DNA of 63,610 nucleotides, the filler included, from Reticulomyxa filosa (Eukaryota > Protista > Foraminifera), in the NCBI GenBank assembly GCA_000512085.1. It is 8 parts of 8 records of this genome, joined end to end, with 100 filler letters (N's around TTAATTAATTAA, not from the genome) between each part and the next. Parts side by side here need not be neighbours in the genome. Positions count along the whole stretch, not along the records: positions 1 to 21,641 come from ASPP01010108.1; positions 21,742 to 29,352 come from ASPP01000967.1; 6 more parts are not named here. One strand, 5' to 3'. Below, piece after piece: positions 11,301 through 22,737 of this stretch; the stretch's first letter is position 1, and the number at the start of each line of letters is the position of its first letter. The notes below the pieces were generated by a model. The model was not told the DNA's origin, made no database searches, and saw only the letters and a program-made list of their open reading frames with translations. Both the position numbers and the translations under genes were made by a program.

Positions 11301-13878
11301 TAAGGATATATGCACAAGGCGCAATCACAGACGTGGAATTTTGGCATATGAGATTGCTCAACGTGGTCGACCCCGCGAGATTGTTCAAAGTGATATCCCC
11401 TTGGATAGTCTGCGAAGCGATACAACCACTTTGGCCGCCAAAAGTGTTGGTACACGTCAAATTGGTGGTTGACAAAGAAGTGACAAACAAGGAAAGCACG
11501 CAGCCAGACGTATAGCCATTCATATAATCGCAAACGACATTTCGCAGACGCGCGGTGCCGCCGCGATATAAATGGAGTGGAGCATACGAAAATTCGGATA
11601 TGGAAGAGGAAGTGGCGACAAGGCCATTGATTTGTGCAAGTTTGAAGAACATAAGCTTTGCACAAGAAGTGCTGTTGCCAAAGGCGTCGTCGCACGTGAT
11701 ATTGTTAAGTGTGACGGTGTTAATGACATAAGAGAAGAAGCAGCCCGAATAAACAGGAGAAGAGGTTGATTCGCATCGCAAATCGGTGATTGTGATTAAG
11801 GAAATGAGCAAAGGAAAGGATGTCGTAAACACGCACGCGCCAAGATCCCCGACGGAATTGGAGCACAAGACACGTGAAATGCTGATGGAAGTCACGGTGT
11901 CGACATAGATACATCCCGACTGTCCGCTGATCGAATCAACGCAATGCACATTATCGGTTAGCAGTTGCACGCCATTGTTGACGACAATGGGAGAATTGGA
12001 CATGTGCACGTCGAAAAACACGACCTTGTCGATGGCCATCGCTCCAAAGTTTTGGACAAACAGCGCGGCAGCGGCGACAGAGTCAACGATGTCCCATTGA
12101 TTCACCACAATCGAGGCGGCATTGATTAAGCAAAACACAGACTCGGTGCAATTGCCAATGGCAACAGGAGAGAGGAAGAACGAATCGACTTCGATATTGG
12201 ACAGCTGTATGGCCCAAGGACTGTTTGTCGGCACCGGATCGCCTTGCAAAATGAGGAATGGATTACCTGCATTGCGAATGATAATGTGATCCAATATCAA
12301 CACATTACTTCGTCCGACGGTAGATACGATATACAAAGGATGCGTCGTGATCGAACGTGCATCAAAGTCGATATATTGTAAAATAATGGTCAAATTGATT
12401 TCCGAAACGGAGAAGGAGGACAGATCGGCCGATACAATTTCGCCGTAGGTCGACGACACGGTCTGATGATCCAACATGACAATGATCAGATCTTTGAGTT
12501 CGATAAAAATATCCATGCTTTTGTCCACAACGTCGAGCTGCACCAACACGCTGGCGTTACCAAAGATGGTACACGTTGGATTGATACACCCCAATTGGAC
12601 ATGGGCGTCACGACCTACAAACCAATGATATCGCTGATTCGACATATCCCAGTTCGTCGTGAAATTGATATACATGTGATCATTCTTTGTTGACAGCCAA
12701 ATGGCTTTTTCGATGGCATCTTCCAAGCTTGTCGTTTGATATGCCACAGACGCCAAGCTGCCATTATTCATGCCAACGACAGTGCTATTGTACACCAAGA
12801 TGGTATCGACCGAGGTCATGTCGAATACCAATTGCCGCCATTGCACGGAGGACATATCCAGATACTGCATATGTCGTGACTGGTGGTCATTATTCGAGGT
12901 GCCTCCAATGAGCCACAACACATTCTTGCGAGCAATACCTGCAAATTGTGCCAAAGGCTCGTTCAGACGTGGTCCAAATCCGAGCACGATTTTGCTGTTC
13001 AAATCCAACACCTCACTGTTTATCACGCTGATACCACACTTCTGATCGCTTGTCGCTTGCAAACATCCGCCGACGACAAGCACGCGTTTCGATTCATCCG
13101 AATCCTGTAATACAAATGCGCCACTGGCCATTCGCGCAATTGCCAAATCTCCTCTTTCTTCCAATGTCTTGTTCACATATGATATCGACCATATCGTCGA
13201 AAGTGGCTCTCCTGTCACATAGTTTTGTCCTCCAAATAGCCACAGCTCCTCTGTCATCTCTGCCCATACACACGACCCGTAATATGCATATGATATGCCG
13301 TCTGTTTCGTTTGTTATGTTCGTCCACTTTTCCGTCGTCACGTCATATTCCAAACTTTGGGAATAGTAATCACCATTGCTTCCTTTGTCGCCAAGAATAT
13401 TCACAAAGATTCTTGTCTTTTCGTCCGAACATATCGTCACTCCGACTATATCCACGTTTGCCATTCCTGCTTCTTTCTTTTGCTTTGTCTTTGTTGTCAG
13501 GTTAAATATTTCCCATGTCAGATTTCTCATATTACTTCCCACGCTCAGATAATATATACTGTCCTCAATCACTGCATTCTTGTGCTCCAGCAGCGTGTAC
13601 TGCGACTCGTTCGCTGGACTACCTTGCACTACTGTCGTCTGTCCGCTTTTACCTGCTGACACTGTTGTTATGTCCAGCTCCACGTAGTATGTATTTGCAC
13701 TTCCACTTTGTCCTGATTCTCCACCTATCGCCACTATTTTTTCCGTCAAAGAGTTGTAACCGACCATTGCTCCATACAATGTCCAGGGTAAATCAGCGGT
13801 GGTCAAAGAGAATTTATTGACATGATCTTCACAAAAGACCACACTCACCAACGCGATTATCAACACCAGCAGAAACAT
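8324..13878 (-). CDS. Giant class C-type GPCR: signal peptide, Kelch propeller, beta-helix (Pmp-like) ectodomain, 7tm_3 domain; one intron and two apparent single-base frameshifts
   Basis: Signal peptide MFLLVLIIALVSVVFC. Kelch GG motifs: IVAIGG, LWLFGG, VLVVGG, LWLIGG. Repeats of FxxNxA..GGA(I/V). Class C 7TM motifs: PIIRGATPAFL, KTWRIYMIF, DVPKNFNESFWLG. Intron 11007-10895 (GT..AG) joins NNHG|PFGG. Frame changes at ~11105 and ~10090 fall in homopolymers. Confidence 0.85.
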
Positions 13879-14225
13879 TTTTTCCTTTTTTTTTACTTAT
13901 TTATTTTCAAGGAATTTTGGGTCCCCTATTCTTCAAACTGTTTGTTCTGCCGAAAAACTGTACGTGGTGCCAGTATGTTCTGAACTTTTTCTTTGTCATG
14001 CGTTCATGCTATGAAAAGGTACAGATCAAAAAAAAGTCGGAGTGAAAAAACCGCAATAGAAGACGGTTGATGGAGGGGATAAAAGGAGCAAAGAAGTTTG
14101 GAAGAATACGCAGAAAAAGTTGACAAGAGACCAAAAACTGCTTCAAAAAGACAGGCTTTTTAAATATTTTCCGTGAAGCTTCCTATAAAAATCAAAAAAA
14201 TTATTGAAAACATTGGCAGATCAAA

Positions 14226-15014
14226 TCAAAGAAACAATGGCTGCTTGAAAATATCTTCAATGATACACAAAAACATGTTTGCAGTAGACAAAGCAACAAC
14301 AGTTTGAATATTGTCAAATTTTTGTGCCTTCAAAATATCGTTCCGCAATTGTGCAAGTTCCCTGCCAAAAATTCTCAAATCGCTGATCCAATCGGATAAG
14401 AAAGGCTGCTCAACAAGTAACAAAATTGCATAGAGCCAAGCACACGTGTAAGAAGAAAGTTTTTGTTCAGAAATATCAGAAGAGCACTCTTGCATCAAAG
14501 CTGTAGAGATATGTATTAATGTGACAGTATCCAGCTTCAATACAATGGACAGCTTGGGCAAGACTTTTTGTGACTCAATTAATTCCAGCCATTGGTCTTG
14601 CTTTGTTTTTTTATTGTTATCTTTCAATTCATCGAATGGCATATCTTTCCATTTGTTCAACGACCCCTTGTTTTTTAGGTACAACAATTGTTCTCTCAAT
14701 CCTTTAAAATGAACAACAAATTTGGCCTTCCATTCTAAACTTATTGTACCGTTCACTGAGGCGTTTTCATACGCTGGTGCAACACTTTTTGGCTTTGATG
14801 CCACTGCGATGGTTGTAGGTGCACGAATTATATCGGGCAATGCTTTTGCCTCTTTTCGCACACGTGCTAAGTACTCTTGAGCATTTGTTGCTGGCTGGTT
14901 CATGTCTACATTTGAGAGATCTACGGTTTCATCCACTGGTAAGGCTTGTGGCATCAAGCTATTGCTTGAATCAGCGTCATCACCACTATCTTCAGCTGTG
15001 GTTTGAATATCCAT
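14226..15014 (-). CDS. GEMIN2: Gem-associated protein 2 (SMN-interacting protein SIP1)
   Basis: PATNAQEYLARVRKEA, WLYAILLLVEQP...ISDLR and ANMFLCIIEDIFKQ match Gemin2 motifs. Likely ATG at 15014 within ORF 14226..15068. Confidence 0.85.
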   Translation of the reverse strand: MDIQTTAEDSGDDADSSNSLMPQALPVDETVDLSNVDMNQPATNAQEYLARVRKEAKALPDIIRAPTTIAVASKPKSVAPAYENASVNGTISLEWKAKFVVHFKGLREQLLYLKNKGSLNKWKDMPFDELKDNNKKTKQDQWLELIESQKVLPKLSIVLKLDTVTLIHISTALMQECSSDISEQKLSSYTCAWLYAILLLVEQPFLSDWISDLRIFGRELAQLRNDILKAQKFDNIQTVVALSTANMFLCIIEDIFKQPLFL

Positions 15015-15544
15015 AATCGATAAATTTGAAATTTTTTTTTTTCCTTCCCTTATGGGTCTAGCAATCACTAAGATTTTTTAATAGATTGATCAAATTAATA
15101 TTGTACTTTATTAATTTTTGCAATTTTTTTTTGTAAGCTACTTTTGTAGTGTTTAGTTTTTTTTAATTTTTAAAAGGTTTTTGCTATTTGTTTTATTTTT
15201 TGTTGTTAGAATGTATCAGCTTACCATGAAAACTTTGATGTGCTTTTTTTAAGTGTTATTGACGTTTTGAATTTTTATAATTTTTGGCAATTGCATTTTT
15301 GTGTTAATGAATTTTTTAATTTGAATGTGCTTTGTCTATTACTATTTTATTTTTTATTACTTTGATTTTATATTTTTTTATTCTTTTAAAAAAATCAAAC
15401 TTTAAATATTTTCTTAACTACAATTACTAACGTAAAAATAAGTGAAAAAAGAAAAAAAGAAAAATTGAACGTAAAAATAATTCAAATTTCATAAAATAAA
15501 CTAACAAAAATTTTAAAACAAAAAAACTGAATTTGTACTAATGT

Positions 15545-15720
15545 TATAGAAAATAATTAAAAATTTGTATTGACAAAAAATTGTAGAAAAACGCATTTTG
15601 AAACACTTGAAGACTCGTATATTTTAAAAAGATTTTGCAAAAATGTTGATTTTTGACTTAGAAAATGATTCATAAAGTGCCATTTTAGTGTGTAATTACT
15701 TTTGTCACTACATGTATTAC
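15545..15720 (+). repeat. Dispersed AT-rich repeat, copy A
   Basis: Shares acaaaaaattgtagaaaa...aaaagattttg(c/a)aaaaatgttgatttttgacttagaaaat...ttcataa(a/g)gtg(c/t)cattttagtgt with 51247-51435. Confidence 0.75.
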
Positions 15721-16333
15721 AACGCAATCGAATTTGAGAAGTGAAATATCAATTCATTGCGTATTTGGATGCGGCTACAAACTGATGTACGCTATATACA
15801 TATCACATTGTAGATATTGGCTAAATACATTAAATTACTCTGAATTGAATAATATTTATGAAAAAAACAATTATGAAAATCTTTTGATTTGCTTTTTCTA
15901 ATTTAATAGATATATCAAATCATCTTCGCTTGTTATATTTTCAAACGTATAATCTGCAACTAAATAAGTTTACTTACTAGTTGTACTTCTTGTATCGAGT
16001 ACAGTGCATTCATAACTGAAAATAATCCTTCTATAATTTTTCATCAACAATTACTTGCATTTAGCTTAGTTTTATCTGAGCGAAGGTTTGATGATTACTT
16101 ATTTTTAACAATAGTGCATGTGTTAAGACTTTTATTTCGCTAGCCTAAGTAAGCCTATTTTGTTAAGAGGATCTCATCAAATGATGAAAAGGATTCGGTA
16201 AGAGTCTTTATTTTGCTTTTTTTCCTTTTCTTTTTTCTTGTTTTGTAAATTTAAAGAAGCGGAATATTATAGATCCAGACAATTTTGAAAGAATGTTGGA
16301 CAAACATAAGCAAGAAAAAAGCAAATTTTGACA

Positions 16334-18071
16334 TTATTGTATATCGGAGACATATTGAATTCCCTCATATTGTGCAATAACCCACGATATTTTTTTAATT
16401 TGTTCTTCAGTCATAACAGAAGGATAAAATGGCTCACTTTTGGTATCTTGCAAAATTTTGTCAATTTTTTCTTTGTGAGTTTCCCACTCGAAATGTTGAT
16501 CATCCCAGCCAATGGACTTGACTATCTTATCCAACATGTCGACACCTCCGTTGCAGATATCAGTATCATATCTAACCAAACAAGAGAAGCTGCTTTTTGC
16601 GACATCGCTTCGATTATCTTTTCCTTCCTTGTCGTTATGTTTTTCCGTTTCGAAAGATAGTCGCTTGTGCTTTCCGTTCAAAAAGAACATGGCATAAATC
16701 AAATTGGACAAAACCTCGCACGCAACATCAACAATGTAATCCTGAGAAAAGTTGTCCAAATAGATGCTCCGACTATGAAATTCGCTGTGGTTATTGGCAC
16801 ATTCTTGCAAAGCAGTAAAGTACATGGACGGGTCGCAATAATAGCGATACATATCATCCACTCCAAACAAGCTCAAAAAATAAGGGATTGCTTTGTCATG
16901 AAACTTGTTTATTACACACTGCACCGACTTCCATAGCGATTGATATACAAATAAGTGTTTCACACCAGGCAGGGACGGCTTTAAAAACTCATTCCAAAAG
17001 TATATGTCATGACAACGCATGCGCCAAATCAAGTAAGGTCTTTTTTCATATTTGCATTGATTCAACTCATTATACGTCCACAAAAAGTATTGATGCAATA
17101 ATAATAATAATTTGCGTTTCATTTGTTTTAATTCATCATTTTTTTCCAAACGCTTCAACTAGTTAAAAAGGGTTCACACATGAAAAAAAATCTTTTGCAC
17201 AACAGAAAGTGAACTTTGAACAAAAAGCTACCTGGACAATGTAGAACTGTAAAGCAGCCCAAGGCGAGTGATTAGAAATGAATTGAATCGACTTGCTCGA
17301 AAACTGAAACATGTGGCCCAGATAATCACTGACACCACCCATGAAAGGATCGCTGTCAAATAAAAGCAAGACTTTTTCAAATACTGGCTTCGATGACTTG
17401 GCCGTGTGATCACTGTCGGCAGTGCACTTGCTAACAATTGCTGGCCACAAATCGGCGGACACGCGATAGATAGTTGTTTCCTTTTGTTGAAATTTCTGCT
17501 GAAACAATGCCATTGTGTAATTATATTTACACTCTTTCAATTGATCATTCCATTGCTTTTTGTCACATTCCAACAGATAAATGGACAAATCGTTTGGGTC
17601 AATGCAATAGCCCATTAACACTTTTCCCTCTTTTTTGATTCGCTTTTCGTATCTCTCTATAAACTCTTCTTTCGACACTACTTCGCAAGGACGGCTCAAA
17701 TTCGGTATGTCTAGGTCTTGCGGTAATGCAAATGAAAACTCTCCGCAACTTGACTTTGGCTCATTGCTTGATTGGATTATCGATCTTAATTTCTCAATCC
17801 AACCCAAATTCGTTCGCCGTTTTACCTTGTAGATTGATATTCCTTCACTTGTCTTCTCATTTGTTTTGCCATCCTTTTGAACAAAATTGTAACGTACTGC
17901 CAATGACTTGTTGCGGTGTATCCCAACCAACACAACTATCAAAAATGTCGAGAGCAACGCGCCAAAGATTGGCCAAGAGAACCGCGAGATTAAGATATAC
18001 AGAAACAATGCCTCCAACATCAATAAAGGCAAGTGACGATATATTGAGATTTGTTTCAATGTGCATACCAT
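16334..18071 (-). CDS. N-terminally anchored protein with a divergent sulfotransferase-like fold, two exons
   Basis: ORFs 17163..18071 and 16334..17158 join in frame via VQ|gtagct...aactag|LKRL. N-terminal TM helices. GYCID, PGVKHLFVYQS and LVRYD resemble sulfotransferase-family segments, but no RxGST motif is present. Confidence 0.5.
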
Positions 18072-18477
18072 TTTGGCACTTAAATATTATGTTTTTTTGT
18101 AATGTTTTTTTTTGTAAAAGGAAAAGGCTTTTCCAGTGGCATTTTTGCTAAGTTGAAATGATTTATGTTAACAAGTCAAAAATTGTCAATTTCACTCATA
18201 TCTGGATTGCTTCAGTGCGGAAGAGCAATTACTGAAAAAAAGAAGCTCACAAACATCAATGCATTGTAATTGCGGACGTTTGCTGTTGTCAAAAGATAAC
18301 GTCAAATATTCTCACAAATTCTCAAGAACATCAACCTCGCTGCTTTGTCCTGTTTCATTTCAGAATATTCAATCCTCAAATTGGCAATACTATCAATTCC
18401 AGTTGTAAAATTACTTGGATAGTTTTTCGAAGTGGATTTGAGGAAAATTCCACATATATAATTTAGCCTTGTTTGTG

Positions 18478-20425
18478 ATGAATCCAGCACTAGAATTGAC
18501 ATGGGATATGTTTGTTCACAGCCCCTCTAGACGAGATGGCATATCTATGCGCTTGGAAAAGTATTACAGGGCTGCGGGCTGTGAGTTTATTGGTGCCTTG
18601 TCTAGCCGACTGGGCAACAAAATGTTAGTTGTGTGTTATCGTTGAAAGTTTTTTAACTCACTTGATGACGAATTGTGAAACCAGGCAAACAACAAAAAAC
18701 GTTTTTGTGGTTTTGCAGACAAGGCAGAATTGTATGTCATGCATGTGCGTTGTATCATCAGTTTTATATGAGAAGATCTTTTGCAAATTTTGATCGATGG
18801 GAAGTCGCAGTAGCTGCATTGAGCATCGCGACAAAGAACAAAGGTAATTCATACAGTTTACAAGAATTGATTAAAGAATCGCTAAAACTGTGGCGTGAAA
18901 AAAATGGACTCATGAAAGAAGACGCACTTTTTGCAGATGTATTGTTGTGTATTTGTGTTTGATACAAAATGCAACTATTTTAAACAACACATATATATAT
19001 ACTATGTATGTATATGTATATACACATTTCCACAATCATAGCGCATAAAATATTGGCAATCAGTGATATTTGGCTTGGAATTAGAAATCCTAGTCACGCT
19101 AGGGGGTGAGCTGGGCGTATTTTCGGCTTACGCACATTTGAATGGAATTACAGAGTTAATCAGAGATGGTGTGTGCACGAGATCCTTCTTTTTGTTTCAT
19201 CTCTTTTTTTCTTTTCTTTATCTCTTCTCCCTCTCTCCCTCCCCCCCCCTCTCCCCCCTTTGTTTCTATGGTGTGCTATATAAATGTATACGTGTATGTA
19301 ATGTGTGCATAGTCAATGACAAGCCTTTAAAGCCGGATGTGGAAAAAGATGTATTAAAAAAAATTTTATTGCTACTGAAGTATTCATACCGTTCGGTCGT
19401 GGTGTTGTTTTATCCAGCTGCATGGGTTGCCGCGGCTGCGTTGTATTGGGTGGTGGAGCGTGAAAATACCGATAATGACAACAGCAACAAGATCCAAGCT
19501 GACATAGCGCGTCCATTGCGACTGCATAAGGATTGGCTCAAAAGCAAGTTGTTTTGGGGGGCGGGCCGTCTAGATATGACCGTTATCCAATATCTGGTTA
19601 ACGAGTTCGAGTTGTGTATCTCCGCGGAAGAAAGTGGCGGTATTGCTCCTCCCAATTCGCTCTTCGCTTTGTTCCAGCCAAACCGATCACGTCATCCATG
19701 TTCCAATGCTTCCTCTGCAGCGAACAAAAAATCACTATCGGATATTCTAAAAGGTGAAACTGTTGTGTCCCCGAATACTCCAGCAACAAACGCGGCTATG
19801 AAATTTCTCTCAGCTCGTCGAGATGCTAACCCTATGTGGACACACGAATCCACAAAGATGTGCGACGAATCGAAGAAAGAGAAAGAAGGCAATGCGGTCC
19901 ATCATAACAATGCCAAACATTGCGCTGATTCGAGTACCTGTGATAGGCAGTCGAGTGGCGAAAATCTTGAACGCGTCGATGCTACGACTTTGACAAATTT
20001 GGAGACATTGAATGACGCTAATAATAGACTGCATCCCAAACATAAAGTGGTACAGAGGGTGTGTATCATTTGTGTGATCTTTTTTTAAAAAAATTTTCCC
20101 TTAAAAAACCACTTCTTGAATAACTTTTTTTTCTTTCTTCTCCCCTCTTCCTCTTGCTCCTATCTAACAATTTTTTTTTTTGGGTGCTTAGACAAGTGAT
20201 CACCCTCGTAAGCGTAAATTGCTTGACGTCCAAAATGAACATGAACACGAACATGTGATGGACACGGAAAGCAAAGGATCACTGAAAGAAGTGTTTCTTC
20301 CTCCTTTGAAGAAAACAAAGAAATCAATCCCTTCCGCCCCCCAAGATAATGTGACAATTCATAGCATTCACAACCTTGACAATACCAACGTTTGTTTAGC
20401 TTGGCTTGAGACTGTCTCTTTTTGA
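18478..20425 (+). CDS. Transcriptional cyclin (cyclin T/K family), multi-exon; ends approximate
   Basis: SPSRRDGISMRLEKYYRAAGCEFI, ACALYHQFYMRRSF, VAVAALSIATK, LELEILVTLG and YPAAWVAAAALYW match the two cyclin boxes of cyclin T/K. Low-complexity C-terminal tail. Confidence 0.8.
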
Positions 20426-20770
20426 TCTTTGCAATGTAGCCTACTTGGTTTTTGTCACATTATCCGTGCCCCCCTTTTTTTTATTTATTTTTTTATTGCT
20501 GTAACGTTAAACTTCGCAACAAAAAATCGTTTCTATCAATCAGCGTTCTCCACCACTTTGTACAAAGTATGCATTTGAAAGCCAATTAAATAAGTAATTT
20601 CAGATATTTGTTACAAGCAAACAGCACAAATTTCGACAATAAAAGTTTTGATACTCTTTTATTTAACACCCGCAGGGAGACAAAAACGTGTTCAAAAAGG
20701 AAACGCAACAGAAGGAGCAGTAAAAAAAACTACAGTAAAAGGAAAGAGAACTCAAAAACTTAGGAATAAA

Positions 20771-21641
20771 ATGGGAAATTGTTGTAAAACAGTCCCAGAA
20801 GATTTAGTAGATTTTTTGAGATGTACACCTTTTTTCAAGATAGATGAAGCTTTGTTAGAAGATCTGGGAAGAAGTTTTGAAAGACAGTATTTTCCGGCAA
20901 ATAAAGAATTATGGACGGAAGGAATGGAAGATATAAAATTTACGATAATAGCATCAGGAGAAGTGAGATTAGTACATAAATTGGAGAATAAGCGTTCAAT
21001 AATAATACAAAAAGAGAAAGGTCAATGTATAGGATATGAAGCATTAAATAATAAATTTTTAAAAGTAAATTATTCAGCAACAGCAATAGTAGATACATAT
21101 TGTTATCAACTTGAATTTGATGCATTATCACGTTTTTGGAGATCACATTCATTAGCTCAAGAAATATTTCGTAAATGTCATGTAATACCATTAGATTCAT
21201 ATTTACGTAAAATGAATATATTTAAAAGTTTAAATGATGAACAATCAGTATTATTAGCAAATATGTTTAAATGGAAAATATTAAAACAAGGAGAAACATT
21301 ATTTGAAGAAGGAGAATATGGTAATACATTATATTTAGTAGCAATAGGATGTGTACAAGTAATGGCTAAAGTAACAAAAGAAAATGAAGATGCAGAAATG
21401 GTAGCATTTGAATTAGAGAAAGCAAATTCAACAACTAATGAAAATGAAAATGAAAATGAAAATAAGAATGAGAATGGTGGAGATGAAATTCTTACTACAC
21501 AAATAGCAGGAGTAGGAGTTAAAATAAAGCAATCAACAGATATTACAGATATAAGACAACGTAATAATACAGAAACAACAAATACAAATGAAATAAATAT
21601 GAATAAGCAATTATCAACAACAACAACAACAACAACAACAA
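20771..21641 (+). CDS. Cyclic-nucleotide-binding domain protein with dual-acylation N-terminus; 3' truncated at linker
   Basis: Starts MGNCCK. CNB1: FLRCTPFF...LWTEG...IIASGEV. CNB2: LRKMNIFKSL...GETLFEEGEYGNTLYLVAIGCVQV. Confidence 0.75.
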
Positions 21642-21741
21642 NNNNNNNNNNNNNNNNNNNNNNNNNNNNNNNNNNNNNNNNNNNNTTAATTAATTAANNN
21701 NNNNNNNNNNNNNNNNNNNNNNNNNNNNNNNNNNNNNNNNN
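21642..21741. other. Artificial contig linker (N-run, TTAATTAATTAA, N-run)
   Basis: Exactly 100 nt with a six-frame stop core. Identical linkers recur at six other sites. Confidence 0.97.
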
Positions 21742-22737
21742 GTAATTCATTGTTTTCATTTTTTTTTTGTTTTAACAATTTCATATTTTTTTCCGATTTA
21801 TAGCATGTTGCATTATCTTGTTGAAAATCCAATTCTCTTTATTTTCTAAGCAGTAATTGACTCTCTTTAAATTTCGTTATATATATATCAGTATTTACTC
21901 CACCTTCCACTTTACAATCGTAATCTATTCATAATGCTCCAAAACATGTACAGACTAAAATGCTTCCACCACCAAATTTTGTTCTTTTTGTTATGGAATT
22001 TTCATCAAATGGTTGTCAATCAATATTTCGGCAACAAAATAATCAAAATGACAAAAATCAATATCGAACACCTAAAAAAAAAAAAAGGTAAATCTTAAAA
22101 ATGTTTAAAAAAAGATTGGCAAATTTCATGACTACGAGAAAAATACGATTGTCAATAACAATTGTTTTTCAACAATTTCAACTCAGGAAAATTCTTCAAG
22201 AAACGTTTGAACAAGTTTAACAAACTGAAATGATGATCTTGACTTTTCAAAATGAACTTCAAATCTCGATAGATGTCGAAGCAAGTAACTAACTCAAACG
22301 CAAATTTTCTTCAAAATAAAACTTTCTCTGATAGGTTGAAAACGATTATCAACTTGGCTATATTTTTTAACTTGTATTCTGAACTAAATTCATTTCGTAT
22401 TACACTTGGTCTAAATCAATATTACAATATGTTTATAGGTTCTTATGGATCCTTTTCTCACAGTCGATTGTAAAGCTAAAAACAGTAAAATGAGAAAAAG
22501 CTTATAGTGAAGATGACTGTGTTATCAGTTCATTTGATTTTTATCTAAAAAATAAACTAAAAAGAACATTATAATTTCTTCATTGGTTTGCAAAAGTTGA
22601 TCGTCTCTTACAGCCAAAAAACACTTTTGAAACAAGAAATGAAGATCATGACGTTTTCCTGACAACAAAAAATAACGTCATTCTATAGTATTTGAATTTT
22701 CACGCGATATTATTCAATATTTTCATTTCTGTTCCTG

